From the NCBI GenBank assembly GCA_001662655.1, contig KV460238.1: a stretch of 64,000 nucleotides of DNA; one strand, given 5' to 3'. This document shows, piece by piece, positions 23,181 to 35,609 of the stretch. The stretch is from Pseudogymnoascus verrucosus. Taxonomy: Eukaryota. The position numbers and the translations under genes are program-made. Under the pieces are notes generated by a model. It had not been told where the DNA came from. It did no database searches and was given only the letters and a program-made list of their open reading frames with translations. Every line of letters begins with the position of its first letter. Within the stretch, counting starts at the first letter, position 1.

Positions 23181-26100
23181 CTAATACAAATCCTCATCCT
23201 CCTCCGCCCTCCCAAACCCACCAACAGCCACTCCCTCATCGGTATCCTCCTCCATCCTCGCCTTTCCCTTCCCCTTCCCCTTCCCACTACTCCTCGGCCT
23301 CCCATTCACCAACTTCTTCTCCACCACTCCATTAGCCTTCTTCCCATCCGCACCCCCGTTCGCCTCCGGAACAGCCTCAAACTGCGCCCGCACCTTCGTA
23401 TAATGCTCCAACTCCTTCGCACTGACACTGGGAATCAGCTCCTGCTGCGCAGCCATGAAATCCTCTTCTGTGACCACCACAGCCACATCTGCTGGCTTTG
23501 CGTAGTGGTCGAAGAAGTACGCCGTCGTGATTGTGTCGTCGGGCGCGCGCTGAGAGTTGATGGCTTTGACTTGTGCGTCTACAGCGGATGCTTGGCGTGT
23601 TACGGCTTTGAGCATGGCGTCGGAGCAGAGGGCGTAGAAATCGGCACCAGTGTAGGTGAAGGGAAGGCGGGTGGCGATGCGTGGGAGTGAGAGGGTGGGT
23701 GACATGGTGAATCTGGGATAGTGTCAGTATGACCCGGTTCAAAAGGATAAAAGGGGCTGGGAAGGGGGATACGTACTTCCTGGTCAACGCCTCCATGATC
23801 GTTGCCTGCTTGTCGTGTGTATCGCTCACACCAAGGTAGAGCATCTTATCGAAGCGACCCGGGCGGAGCAGCGCTGCATCCAGCAGATCGGGACGATTCG
23901 TCGCGCCGATGACGAATACGCCACCGCCGCCATCATCGCCATCGCTCATTCCATCCAGCTCTGCGAGCAGCTGGGACACGATACGATCCATGACACCTCC
24001 ACTATCACCCTGGTTACCACGCTTCGGCGCGACGGAGTCGAGCTCATCGAAGAAGACAACGCAGGGCCTCGCGTCGCGCGCCCGCTGGAACACACGGCGC
24101 ACGTTCGCCTCAGACTCTCCAATGTACATGTTGAGCAGCTCTGGGCCCTTGACGGAGAAGAAGTTGAGCGCGAACTCAGTCGCGATGGCCTTTGCCAACA
24201 GCGTCTTACCCGTACCGGGTGGACCATAGAACAGGATACCAGAGCGCTTCTTCATGCCCTTAGCGAACAGCTCAGGGCGCTCGAGCGGCAGCTGGATGGT
24301 CTCCATGACAGCATCCTTGACGTGCGCGAGACCACCGACATCGTCCCACGTGACGTTGGGGATCTTCGGCGCACCGATAGCGTCGGCGAAGTTCTGACGT
24401 GCGTGCTCAACAGCGTGGTTGAAATCGGCGCTGGTGAGGCTGCGCGATGGGCCACCAGATAGCTGCACGTCGCGCACGGAGACGGGGAGGGCGGCCGAGG
24501 CGGCCGAGGTAGCGAGGCTTTCGAGACGAGTGTGGCGTGCCACCAGGGCACGGTCCACGACGTCAACTAGGTCACCAGCAACGAGAGCGGCGGTTTTGAC
24601 GGCTACGCCACCAAGGTCTACGTCGGTTGAGAGGGAGACACCGCGGTCATCGACGATGCTGTGGAGGATGCTCTCACGCTCGCCTTCATCGGGTGCATGC
24701 ATATCGAGCTCGTGAGTGAACAGGCTGCGGATTCCGTCCGGTACCTTGTCCACTTCCGTTGTGGTCGCGATGATGACGCGGGAGTCGGCGAGGACGTCCT
24801 TCAAAGCTGCAATCATCCGCTCAGCCGCCAGGGCCTCGATGTGGCGGACTACGAGTGCCGTGTTCTCCGCGCCGCAGGTCAGGGCACGATCGGCACGCGC
24901 CTTAAGGAAACCTTCTGTCTTAACATCGCCGCCGGCTCCACCTTCGCTGACTATGTCGTACGCGTCGATGGTGAAGCTGTGAAGACCGATATCGGAACAG
25001 GCTCTGCTAGCAAGCGTTGCTTTGCCAATGTTCCTCTGGGTTGACACAAGCAGGATGGCTAGCGGTGGGAGCTTTAGGTGGATAGACCTTGCGCTTGTCG
25101 CCGCTGCGACCAGTTCTCGCAGTTGGCGGCGGAGAGGGGTGATGTGCTGAGGCTGAGGCTCTGGCATAGTCGGGGCCAAAGCATCAGAACTAGATTTAGA
25201 GACCGCTCGCAGCTTGAAGTAGTGCTCCCAAGGGCTGTCCTTGGTCGGTGGCAAGCGGCTCTTTTCCGTCCCAGCTGCAGCCATTTGCGTCTGGGAGAAA
25301 TCAATAGCTGCTACGCCGCCCCAGATATCCTCGTCCTCAGGGTCCTCAACCTCTTCGCGTCGTGCGTGCGTGATATGGCTAACCTTGAACCAAATAACCC
25401 CAGTAGATTTCGTCAAACTGGTCCCCTGCTGATCGGGGTTGACTAACATGTCGTCTGTTATCGCGTCCTCTTTACCCGATGAAGTCTGGAATAATGTCCT
25501 TCCTAATGCCTCATCGATTGGAATTCCGACGATATCTCCAGTCTTGACAACCCTTGCTCTCTGAGTGAAGTGTCGCTTGAGGCCGCTAATAGCAGCAGTC
25601 TGGAGAGTCTTCTCAGTAGCCAAAGGTGTAGCAATCTTTGCGAAAGTCACCTCGCGGGCAACGGGTGGCAGCGAAGTGTTGGTAATCTTCGGTAGTGAAG
25701 CCTTCCCTACCGTCTGGGTCTGCTTCAGAGTCGACAAGCGCACATATGGGGTGCTATCTAGATTGGCTAACAGTATTGGTGAAAGATAGACTGTCGGGCT
25801 CGTGGGTTTCGACACCTGTGAGTCGAAGAATGACATCTTCTTTGACCCTCTGCTAGACGGTATCTTGGTGACGGCCCTGTGCGAGTACCCTTCTGGCAAA
25901 CTGTAAACCTTGACAGGTCGCCAGATGAAGTCCTCATCCTGCGCCTGTCCAAAGCTACCCAGTGTCCACAGACCCATGCCTTGCTCAGGCGGCTCAGAGG
26001 CAGTCTCCAGGCGGACCCAATCGCCTGAGAAGCAGCCGATCTTAGTGAGCGAGTTTACGTCAACGTAGATGCGTGCTTCCTCGTCATCGTCGGCTGGAGG

Positions 26101-27371
26101 AGTAGGGCGGAGCAGCTCTTCGGGAAGAGGGCTCATTAGACCCTGCGCCTTGAAGAGTCTGCCCCGTTGGCCACCAGCTCGCGCTGTTGTCGCAGTGTAA
26201 TTTGAAAACACGGATCCGGGAGTCGCAATGCCATTGGTTCTACGGCTAGGGCCGAGAGGAGTAGCCATGCCACTTATATTCGAGGAGGGCAGCATTGGAG
26301 CTTGTAAAGAAATCATCTCATCCATAGAATCGTCCGACAGATTGTCCGTATCGTCAAGGTCTTGATCTTCGGCCTCAGTCTCTGTCATTGAGTCGTCTTC
26401 AGGAGCCGCATCGGTTTTGTAGCGGTCTTCGGCGGCCGAAAAGAACTGCTCATTAGAGGTATCCTCATCTACCTCAGTGACCTGGTCTAGAACGCGCCTC
26501 AGAGACATATTCGACGCCTTCCTGACAGTCCTCGTGTGGTGCCCCGTCTGCGTGACAATGATGCGCGTATTAGGCGACAATATGCCCTGTGCGACTGGCT
26601 CACACAGAGTCACCTTTGCTGGTGGGGGCAAAACATGCGTGATAGAATGCGGCGCCAGAGGAAGCGGGAAAAAGTCACCTGCATGCACAACCTTCAATGA
26701 CGACAGGGCTTCTCGGATTGCCGAGCTGAGTCGGTCTTCCGGCACAGCGCTCTTTCCATTTGCATGGTTGCCGTTGGCCAGCGGGTGCTCGCCATGGAAC
26801 GTTCCCTCACCATTTTCAAGTCGCTTGGCCAGGCCAGCCTCGAGAGTGACGAACACAGTGTCCAATGTCAGGGGCAACACATCAAGTGCCCAGATCTCGA
26901 TTCCGCTACGGCTGTGACTGAGCAGTTTCGACGGAGTCGTGCGCTGGAGCTCTTCGGCAAAGCCTTGTAGGGCGACAGAGCTGGGCGCGAACTGTATAGT
27001 GTTGGTCGCGAGGGCGCTCGACGGCCTCACGGGCACGACAGTCCAGCTAATTTCGTCCACGGAATTGAAGGGGGCTTTCGGGGATATCGCAATGTGTGCA
27101 AGCTCGGGTATGCCGACGGGTCCGTCGCCGTTTGTTTCGTCGTCTTCATTGCACTGTTAGCCGACCGAATTACTCGTATTTCATGCAGTCACTTACGTTG
27201 GTCTTGGGCGGGAAAGAGCTCGTTATAGAGGTCTTCTGACACAATCCCCACATCGCCTCGGACATGCTCATCCAGCACCAGTCTCGCGAATACCGCAGAC
27301 TTGTCCTGGCGACGTCTTCTCTTGCGCTTGCGCCTGTTAGCTATCGGGGTATGCTGTATAACAGCCGACAT
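23181..27371 (-). CDS. PEX6: Peroxisomal AAA+ ATPase Pex6 (3 exons)
   Basis: D2 domain GAPKIPNVTWDDVGGL...GMKKRSGILFYGPPGTGKTLLAKAIATEF...FFDELDSVAPKRGNQGDSGGVMDRIVSQLLAELDGMS...ATNRPDLLD and a degenerate D1 (QRNIGKAT). Last exon reads YTGADFYALCSDAMLKA...PSVSAKELEHY. First exon starts MSAVIQHTP. Confidence 0.95.
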
Positions 27372-27467
27372 TCTGGAGGGTTGCCGGCGCTGTATAATCA
27401 AGGGGTTTGAAGTGTTGTAGTTTGCGCGTTAAGTTCACAGTTTCATCGCCGATTCCTCAGCATGTGC

Positions 27468-27679
27468 CCGAGGTAACTGTGTGGCTCTGAGACTGACGGA
27501 GCCAAAATATACGACGAAATATATACAGAATATGCTTCGAGTGACTGAACGCTGAAGTCGCAATGAGTTGTACAATGGTTCAAGGAATTATTGGGGTAAA
27601 CGTCTCTCGGGCCACGGCGTCAGCTATGGTAGTGGGGATTGAGAGTCGCGGTTCGGAGTCTGGGGCTTGGGAGCCGAGG
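27468..27679. promoter_or_regulatory. Two CCGAGG (FarA/FarB-type) motifs upstream of PEX6
   Basis: CCGAGG at 27468-27473 and 27674-27679. Confidence 0.45.
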
Positions 27680-28226
27680 GACAATTTGATCCTGTATCCT
27701 CACAAGCCATGGGGAACGGAGCCGAGAATGTGGGGTTGACCAATGAGGCGGATATGCACGTGACTCGACTCCAAATAACTTAGCCTCGCACATCAGTCAG
27801 CTCCAACTCATGAACCTGTGAAGGGCATAACCACAACAATGAACTAATGCTATACAGTCGTTACTTGAAAAATCTTTGCAATTGACTGCTTGAGCTAAGT
27901 TACCGACAGAATTTGAGTTATTAGCTTTGTAATTTCTTTATGCCAACTGCAAAGCGAAAAGAGGCGTCTGCATGCCCCAAGTTGATACAAACTCGATTAA
28001 TGATCTCTAGCTATCCAACAAGAACCCCCATCTTCACTTTTCACTTTTTGCTCGAGCATCCCTTTTTATATGAACCTCTCCTTGCACTCTAACTTTTCCT
28101 TTCCCTATTCAAACCTCAAACACGACTCATCGGATCTAGCCCTTGCCTGGTTTTCCAACGCTAGTTGTTAGATTTCTTTGTGGGGTTTGCTAACTGGCCC
28201 CCCCCATAAGCTTCAGTCCAAATACT

Positions 28227-28937
28227 TCAACCCAGCTCCAGTATTCCCCTCAACACTTCCACTGCAAAGTCCCCTTGGCCCTCCAGCATCGCCACGAACC
28301 AGTCCTCGCTGATTAGTGCATGTATGTGCAACACCACCGTCTTAATAACGAACTTTCTCAGGGAATCACCAGGCAGCGTTCTCTGGAACACCATCTCCAC
28401 ACTATCCATGAAAGTATCTCTCTGCCATATCTCTGCCACAAGCTCTGTGTACTTATGCCGGGCAAGGCCCTTTAGGGCGGGGATGCTGTTCTTGTCAGCT
28501 ATGACATATACTTCGACATTCACAACCAGTGCGTCCGCGTTAAGCTCTACCAGTTCCTCGCCGGGTTTGGTAGAATAGCGCGTGTCACCGTAGTCGCCTT
28601 GGTAGAGGAAGCGAAGCATCATCTCCACGATGTCTGGTTTGTCGTCTGGGAGGTCAATGACGCCGCTGTGAGCTTCCTGTATTTGTTAGCCTGTGAGCCT
28701 GCCTGGTGTTTTTTTTGCAGTTGACAGAGAGGTGGGATCTATCATACCTTGAACCCTCCATCAACCATGGCTGCAAATACAGGCGAATGAGTGCAGACCA
28801 CTGAGCGATGCATATTCCATGCTTGTTCCTGGCATGTAATGCGCATGTCGCTGTACTTTCCTGAATCGAGGAGGCTGGATTAAAAAGTTGGTATGGGGAC
28901 AGTGAAGTTATCTAGGGAAGGCCACTCACACGTCCAT
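28227..28937 (-). CDS. BTB/POZ domain protein (3 exons, 8 nt first exon)
   Basis: ATG GAC GT|GTGAGT splices to give MDVLLDSGKYSDMRITCQEQAWNMHRSVVCTHSPVFAAMVDGGFKEAHSGVIDLPDDKPDIVEMMLRFLYQGDY...VYVIADK. Confidence 0.85.
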
Positions 28938-29580
28938 AACTGTGTCGACAGCCTTCAAGTTCGAGATATCAGTCAAATCGCTTCTGGCGGAGGGTGAATG
29001 AAGGTCGAGACTCTTTTGACTGATCTTGATGGTATTATGAGATTGAACAAAGAGAATTGGGGGTTTGGGGAGATGCGACAACTATCGGACGTGTATGAGC
29101 TCTGGGTGAGAACCCATGGTTGCCCATGGCGTTTGTTAACTGGGAATTGGGATTGGTAGTGGATGTGTTGAAGAAGGCAGTTGCAATGGAGGGGTGGATT
29201 TGTTATGGTCCTCGGCAAGGTGAGGGATAAACGACGGGCAGAGTATATTTCCAGTGAATTATGAACAACTCTTTCTCTCTGGGTTTTATCTTCTATCCCA
29301 CAATCTGTGTACGCCCTTCGAGTAAACGGAGTCTATATAACTACGAGTTTTACCATAGTCTCGGAGGGAATCTGGATGCTGGAGTCCTTGCAGAAGCTTG
29401 CAAAAGGTGCGGGACCAAGACTTGGAGACAAATTCACTTCAGAACCATAACCAATACTACATTATTCTCTGTATTACTTTATACACTCTCATTATTTATT
29501 TGGTTCCCCTTTCCTCGTTTGTCGTCACTCTAATCAATATTCATTGCTTGAATATCCTACTCGCATCAACTACCACAGCG

Positions 29581-30375
29581 ATGAACAGGTAATATATTCT
29601 TCACTATACTACATCGCGTTATGTATTAACGCTCATTCTTTCAGCCTTCTTGATTCTGGGAAATACAGCGACTTGCGTATCGCTGTTGCGGAGAGTTTTG
29701 GGACGTTCACCGAACTGTGATCTCCACAGCGTCGTACACCTTCGAGAAAATGGTTGACAAGTGTTCTGAGGCAAGCGTTCTATCTCAAAGAAGGTGATCT
29801 ACTATGGTAACTTGAAGCAGAAGGTGGATTCCCCCGGCGTGATTGACGTCAATAAGTACCATCCGAAGATCGTGGAGAAAATGTTGCGCTTCATCTACCA
29901 CGGCGACTACGACGACGAGCGTGAACAAAAAAACCACGCGGCAACCGATCTTCCACATGAAACAAAGGTCGAAACTGAGTCTTGCAAATATGAGATTTCT
30001 AAAATTCTTGATAACCCCCCGCAAGAACCTGGCCGGCCACTTTGGAATAAAGACGCGCTGCGTGTGACTATCGAGGTCTTCGTTATTGCTGACCATCACC
30101 ATTTGCATACCCTCATGCGGCATGCAGCAAAGAAGTTTGAAGAGGTTGTAGGGAGGCTGTGGAAAACAGCAAGCTTTGCGCAAAGCATAAAACAGTTTTA
30201 TGATTCTCAGATCAGCGAACTTTACCGCAGGCCAATCCGCAACGTTATTATCAAGGCCATCGTAAATAATGCCCCTGTGCTACTGAAGGAGAAGACATTC
30301 CAAAACATATTATCCCACTATGGTGATCTGGCGATGGAGGTGTTATGGACCGTAGTGAAAGTAGAGGACAAGTGA
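29581..30375 (+). pseudogene. BTB/POZ paralogue with a 1 nt frameshift in exon 2 (pseudogene or assembly error)
   Basis: ATG AAC AG|GTAATA splices to LLDSGKYSDLRI, and this frame stops at TGA 29718-29720. The shifted frame from 29684 gives CCGEFWDVHRTVISTASYTFEKMVDKCSE, then a probable GC-AG intron, then GVIDVNKYHPKIVEKMLRFIYHGDY...VFVIADHH. Confidence 0.75.
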
Positions 30376-30781
30376 CAACTTAACATGGGGAGTTTTCTTC
30401 TCGGCAACATTGAAAGGAAGGAAACAAAAAGTTCTGAGAATGCTTCAAGGATGAAACAAAAAAAAAGGGGGGTTTTCAGCTAAGGTCAACGCTCCTTTCA
30501 CGGAAAGGGGACACTGCGGTTGTGTTAGAACAAATAGGCTACAGGGGTCATGTTCGTGGCAGAGAGGCGGCTTTGCAGTTAAAAAGTTTGTACCTTCAAG
30601 TTACATCCTAGTTTGACAGTCAAGCTATATCAAGTCTCCAGACACCACAATCTCGCTCGCTCAAAATGAGGATATATGCAAAAACAACTGAACTCCATTG
30701 CCATGCTCAGACGCGGCCCCCCGTCATCACTTCATTTTCTTTTCCCCAACTATAAAACAAGCAATCGTGCTACCATCTCAT

Positions 30782-32909
30782 CTACACCAAAGCCCAAAAT
30801 CGCAGAAGTCGTGATATAATTCTGAAGCCTCGGAGAGGTCCGCTCGCCAAAAGCGAGTTTGCTGCGCTGCTCGACACGGATGGGGCGGTCTGCTCTGTTC
30901 CTGTGGCCGTGTCTTGAGATGATCCTGTACCCGATTCTTCCGAGCCGGAGCCTGAGTTCGTGCCAGTGCCTGTGCTCGTTGCCGTGGCTTCAGATCCTGA
31001 TCCCTTGCTCGTGGTGGTGCGCGTTGGAACGGCCTTCTTAGTCGTCGAAACAACAGTAGAGGGTCCTGCAATAACACCACGTCAGCACAATATCCATAAC
31101 TAGCAAGAGAGAACCAAAGAGTGATATCACATACCAGTTAGCTTCGTGCAGATGCCACTCCCCTTCAGATTCGCTGCCGGGAGGAACACAAGCGGCTCTC
31201 CATTATAAATGCCAACCCCAAGATTACCACTCCCATCCGTCTTCGCATCAATGCAGTTCAAGACCTCAATAACATCCAAGTTCGCCGTGAACCCCGTATC
31301 GGCAGACAAAAGCGTCATCACCTCCTCTCCTCCGGCGCCGCGATTCGTGAACAAGCTGACCATCTGCTTCCCATCGTTTCCCTTGCGCATCAGCAGGGTC
31401 TGCGAATCCGGCTGGCTCACTGAAATCCGCTGCTTCACCCAGTCCTTGTCCACTGTTATCGCGCGAGAACGGACTTCGTTCAGCTGTTTGATGAAGGTGT
31501 ATAGCGTGCCGGTAGTCTTGTAGCCGCTGAACCAGAGGGCTTCGCGGGATAGAGGTGGAAGACCGCCTCCGAATCCTTGTTCTTGGCCGTTGTATATGAT
31601 GGGAATGCCGTCGGTGAGCATGGTGTAGGCGATGGCGTTCATGTCGAGAGAGACGTCTGTTGTTTTGAAGGGGAATCGCGGCAGATCGTGGTTTTCCATA
31701 AAGGACCCCAAGAGCGTTGTGTCCGTGCAAGAGGCGTTCATTTCCTTGATGCCCTGGACTAGCGCAGTCAATGGGCCTCCTTGGAAACTGCTGGTTATCC
31801 AGTAGTATCTAGAGGATGGACTGTTAGCTTATGGTAATGCCGGGTTGGAGGGTGGGAGGGCATACGAAGGATAGTTCATCGCCCCCGACATGACTTCTAA
31901 GTATGAGCACAGCGTCGGGGGGTCTCCACTGAACACCTCGCCAAGGATGTGTATGCCCCCGGCGGCTTTTTGGAAGGATGGATAGAAACCCTTGTTGACT
32001 TCCTGAGCGGAGTCAATACGCAGGCCATCGATGGTGTAGTTGGCTATCAGTTGGCCAATCCACTTGTTGAATTCGGCCTGAACATCGTCGTCTTCGGTGC
32101 GCAAGTCGGGGAGCGAGACGAAACCGGTACCAGCGTTGGAACCCGCCCAGCATACCTCGGTGGAGCTTTGGCTCGTGAAGTCGATAGGGCAATGAGGGTG
32201 GTAGAAGGATTCCTATGAAACCATTAGCTTTTCTTCTGGCACCATATATATTTATTTCATGGGAGACATACCTTGTTAAAAGGGTGAAGAGTGCTATAAT
32301 CAATCTCCTCTGGGGATCCCGCGTAGGCCATGTGGTTTGTCACCACATCAACCATCAAGTACTACGTACACTCGCCGTTAGAATATGCTAACACATTGCT
32401 GAACTCGGGGATGCCAGGCGAGAAGGCAGAGCCCCGGTACCTTGGGAACGAACTTACCATTCCCCTAGCGTGCAGCTCATCAGAAAGGTCCTTCAGATCA
32501 TCCGCGGTCCCAAAATTCGCATTAAGCTGGTAAATATCATCGGCCCAGTATCCGTGATATGCGGCTCCGTCCGCCGTCTTATTCACAATATTCTTGACAA
32601 CGGGGGATATCCAGACCTGTTCTGCCATTAATTTGCGTCCTGTGAGAATCAAAAGCCCACCCAGATGGAAGCACGTACAGCAGTAAACCCCATCCCCTGG
32701 ATATAGTCCAATTCCTTCACTATTCCCTTCCATGAACCCCCGCAGTAGTCCTGCTTTGTTAGATCACAATGCGCGGTTGTCGACCCGTCGGCGCGTGCGA
32801 ATCGATCTGTCACAATCTGGTATATGGATTGGGATCGCCATTCTGCCGGCGAGAGAGCCTGCGCAGCGGAGAGGAGGAAGGCGGCGAAGAGGGCGTCAAG
32901 AGCACGCAT
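30782..32909 (-). CDS. GH13_1 alpha-amylase-like protein with a Ser/Thr-rich tail and probable GPI signal (multi-exon)
   Basis: Signal peptide, then [60 protein letters not shown] and [10 protein letters not shown]. An extra last exon after the intron at about 31133 encodes [10 protein letters not shown]...[11 protein letters not shown]...[30 protein letters not shown]. Confidence 0.88.
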
Positions 32910-33666
32910 TTTGCGGCTCGGACAGCTGGGTCAACAGTTGATCTCTCTGGTACCGCTTAGACAAGCAAGGCTGTTGGGTATCACGCAGAAATAGGAAGGA
33001 TGCGCGAAAAGGAGGACGCTATGGAAGGAAGCAGTTCAGCACAACGGCATTTTACAGTGGGAAAGACTGGAAATGGCTCGAGAGTTTTCTATATACGCGC
33101 GACAACACTATTATCCTTGGCCTCTGCGCTTGGGGCGCGAAGGATTTCTGGTAATTTGGGGCTGGGGCTGATGAGCTGGGGATGTAAGCTGACAGCTCAG
33201 TGTGCCATAGAATAAAAAGTTATAAATAGATGTACGGCCAAGTATGCCAAGCACGTGATTTATGTCAAACCTTACCCGCATTAAGATTGGGTCGTAACTT
33301 GGCATGTCTCACCGCTTCTATAATAAAATGGAGTGCATATAATATTAACGGGCGAGTATTAATAATAAGCAAGGCGTCTGTGAGGAGCGGACTGTTCATA
33401 GACCTTGGATCTATCAATCACTCAATCCGTGGATACCATCTATGGTGCCCGACATTAATGCACGCCTTACTGAGTGCGGCTAGCGAATAAGACCTCCCCC
33501 CTTCATTTAGAAAGCTTATTTCCCAAGGGACAATTCTTATTTGCAGAAGATTAGATCACGTAAGCTTGCCTTATCGATTGAGGGGTCAGACCAGAGCCGT
33601 GACAACATTGGCAGTTGCGACACACAAAAACAACACCAACGTTCTTTCTAAATACAGACCTTGAAA

Positions 33667-34413
33667 ATGATCAGCCTCGTTGCTTTCGATCTCGATGGAA
33701 CGCTTGCCATCAGCAAGCAGCCATTGAAGGACTCTATGGGTGAGGCGCTGGCCGACCTCCTAGCTGTTGCCCACGTCTCCATCATCTCAGGGGGTGACTG
33801 GCCACAATTCGAGAAGCAAATCGCCAGCCGCTTGCCAGCACGTGCCGATGTAACTAAACTATGGCTTATGCCGACCACTGGAACCAAGCTATACCAGAAC
33901 AAGGGTGATGGGTGGAAGGTGGTATATGCCGAGCTGTTCACCGACGAGCAGAAGAAGGATATCCTCGAGGCATTTGACGCTTCGCTGGAGGCCACTGGCT
34001 TCACACCAGAGAAGACCTGGGGCGAGCGAATTGAAGACCGCGGCAGCCAGATTACCTTCTCGGCGCTTGGCCAGGAAGCACCCATCTCCGCGAAGCAGCA
34101 TTGGGACGCCGATTTCGCCAAGCGTAAGGTGATCCAGGTTGACTTGCAGAAGCGCCTGCCCGATCTGTCGATCAACATGGGCGGCACAACCTCGATCGAT
34201 ATTACAAGGAAGGGTGTTGACAAGGGATACGGTCTGAAGAGGCTGAGCGAGGCGACCGGGCTCCCCCTTGAACAGATGATGTTTATCGGCGATGCCATCT
34301 TCCCAGGTGGTAACGACTATCCTGCCAAGCAGATCGGGCTGCCCACTGTTGACGTCAAGGACCCAGAAGGCACTCTTTCCGCAATTGCTGCCATTGTCGC
34401 GTGCCTCTCGTAG
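33667..34413 (+). CDS. Bacterial-type HAD-IIB hydrolase (phosphomannomutase-like), intronless
   Basis: HAD motif I FDLDGTLA, motif II ISGG, the segments IEDRGSQITFSALGQ and GGTTSIDIT..GVDK, and motif IV FIGDAIFPGGNDYP. Confidence 0.9.
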   Translation: MISLVAFDLDGTLAISKQPLKDSMGEALADLLAVAHVSIISGGDWPQFEKQIASRLPARADVTKLWLMPTTGTKLYQNKGDGWKVVYAELFTDEQKKDILEAFDASLEATGFTPEKTWGERIEDRGSQITFSALGQEAPISAKQHWDADFAKRKVIQVDLQKRLPDLSINMGGTTSIDITRKGVDKGYGLKRLSEATGLPLEQMMFIGDAIFPGGNDYPAKQIGLPTVDVKDPEGTLSAIAAIVACLS

Positions 34414-34748
34414 TACATCAAGTCACGGAAGCTGGATTTCAATTCTACCGTATTTAGACGTGCATGGTCGCGTTCACTCGATGATTATTGATGGCGATAT
34501 GTCGCCAAGATTACTGGGATATGGGCTTCAACTCTTGCAAGATCCAAACTTAAACCAAGATGGAATGGACAGGAAAAGTGAAATGGGATGGGAATCGTTT
34601 CTAATTCGACCAGACGATGGCACTTGGCCAATCTGTTTGTCACATCTGGGTATATAGACCGCGAAACTGCCACAAATTTAGTCACTGATATTGAGAAAAC
34701 CCCATGATATTTCCCTTCATCAACCGATTATGAAAACAAGCCCTCCTA

Positions 34749-35609
34749 TTAACTGCTAACACTAGCAGTCTTAGGTAAATCACTCCCAACAGCACAAGTC
34801 GCTCCCGCATCCACGGGAAGTATAACACCTGTTACCCACCTCGCCTCATCCGACGCCAAAAACCTCACTGCACACCCCGCATCCCACCCATTCCCCTCCG
34901 TCCCCAATAAACTCCTCTTCCTCCTCGCCTCCCTCGCCTCCTCACTCATCCCACCCGCATACATCATCGGCGTGTACAGCATACCAGGGCACACGCAGTT
35001 GACTCTAATACCATCCGGCGCATGATGCGCCGCCATCGCGCGCGTCATGTTCACAATCGCTCCTTTACTCGTCGGGTAAAGAAGATGCGGCGTGCCGCCT
35101 CGGATACCGGCTACACTGCCCATATTCACGATGGAGCCGCGCACCTGTCCTGTGTTTTTCTGCATGGCGGGGATCGCATACTTGGCTGATAAGACCATGC
35201 TGCCAACGTTGACTTCCATCCCCGCTGCCCACTCTACCATATCAACATCGACAGCTGTACCGCGCGCGCCACCGATTCCAACGTTATTAATGAGGATATC
35301 GAGGCGACCGAAAGCCTTGACCGCAGCTTCAACCATGGCTTCACAATCTGTAGCTTTAGTGACATCCCCGTAGAAAGCGAGGCCTTTTCCCTTCCCCTCT
35401 TCAGTGATCATCTCCACCGTCCGATTCGCCCAGTCTTTCTCGCGGTCTACGCAAAGAACGGAGGCGCCTTGTTCGGCGAGGAGGATGGCGGCCGCGCGAC
35501 CGTTGCCGATGCCGTCACCTGCGGACCCTGCGCCGGTGACTATGGCTACTTTGCCGGCGAAGGAGCCGCTGATTGGCCTTGATGCCACTTCGGGTTGTTG
35601 GCTTGCCAT
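34749..35609 (-). CDS. Short-chain dehydrogenase/reductase (classical SDR)
   Basis: TGAGSAGDGIGNG Rossmann motif, NNVG, catalytic S...YPTSK and IRVNCVCPG. Confidence 0.9.
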   Translation of the reverse strand: MASQQPEVASRPISGSFAGKVAIVTGAGSAGDGIGNGRAAAILLAEQGASVLCVDREKDWANRTVEMITEEGKGKGLAFYGDVTKATDCEAMVEAAVKAFGRLDILINNVGIGGARGTAVDVDMVEWAAGMEVNVGSMVLSAKYAIPAMQKNTGQVRGSIVNMGSVAGIRGGTPHLLYPTSKGAIVNMTRAMAAHHAPDGIRVNCVCPGMLYTPMMYAGGMSEEAREARRKRSLLGTEGNGWDAGCAVRFLASDEARWVTGVILPVDAGATCAVGSDLPKTASVSS

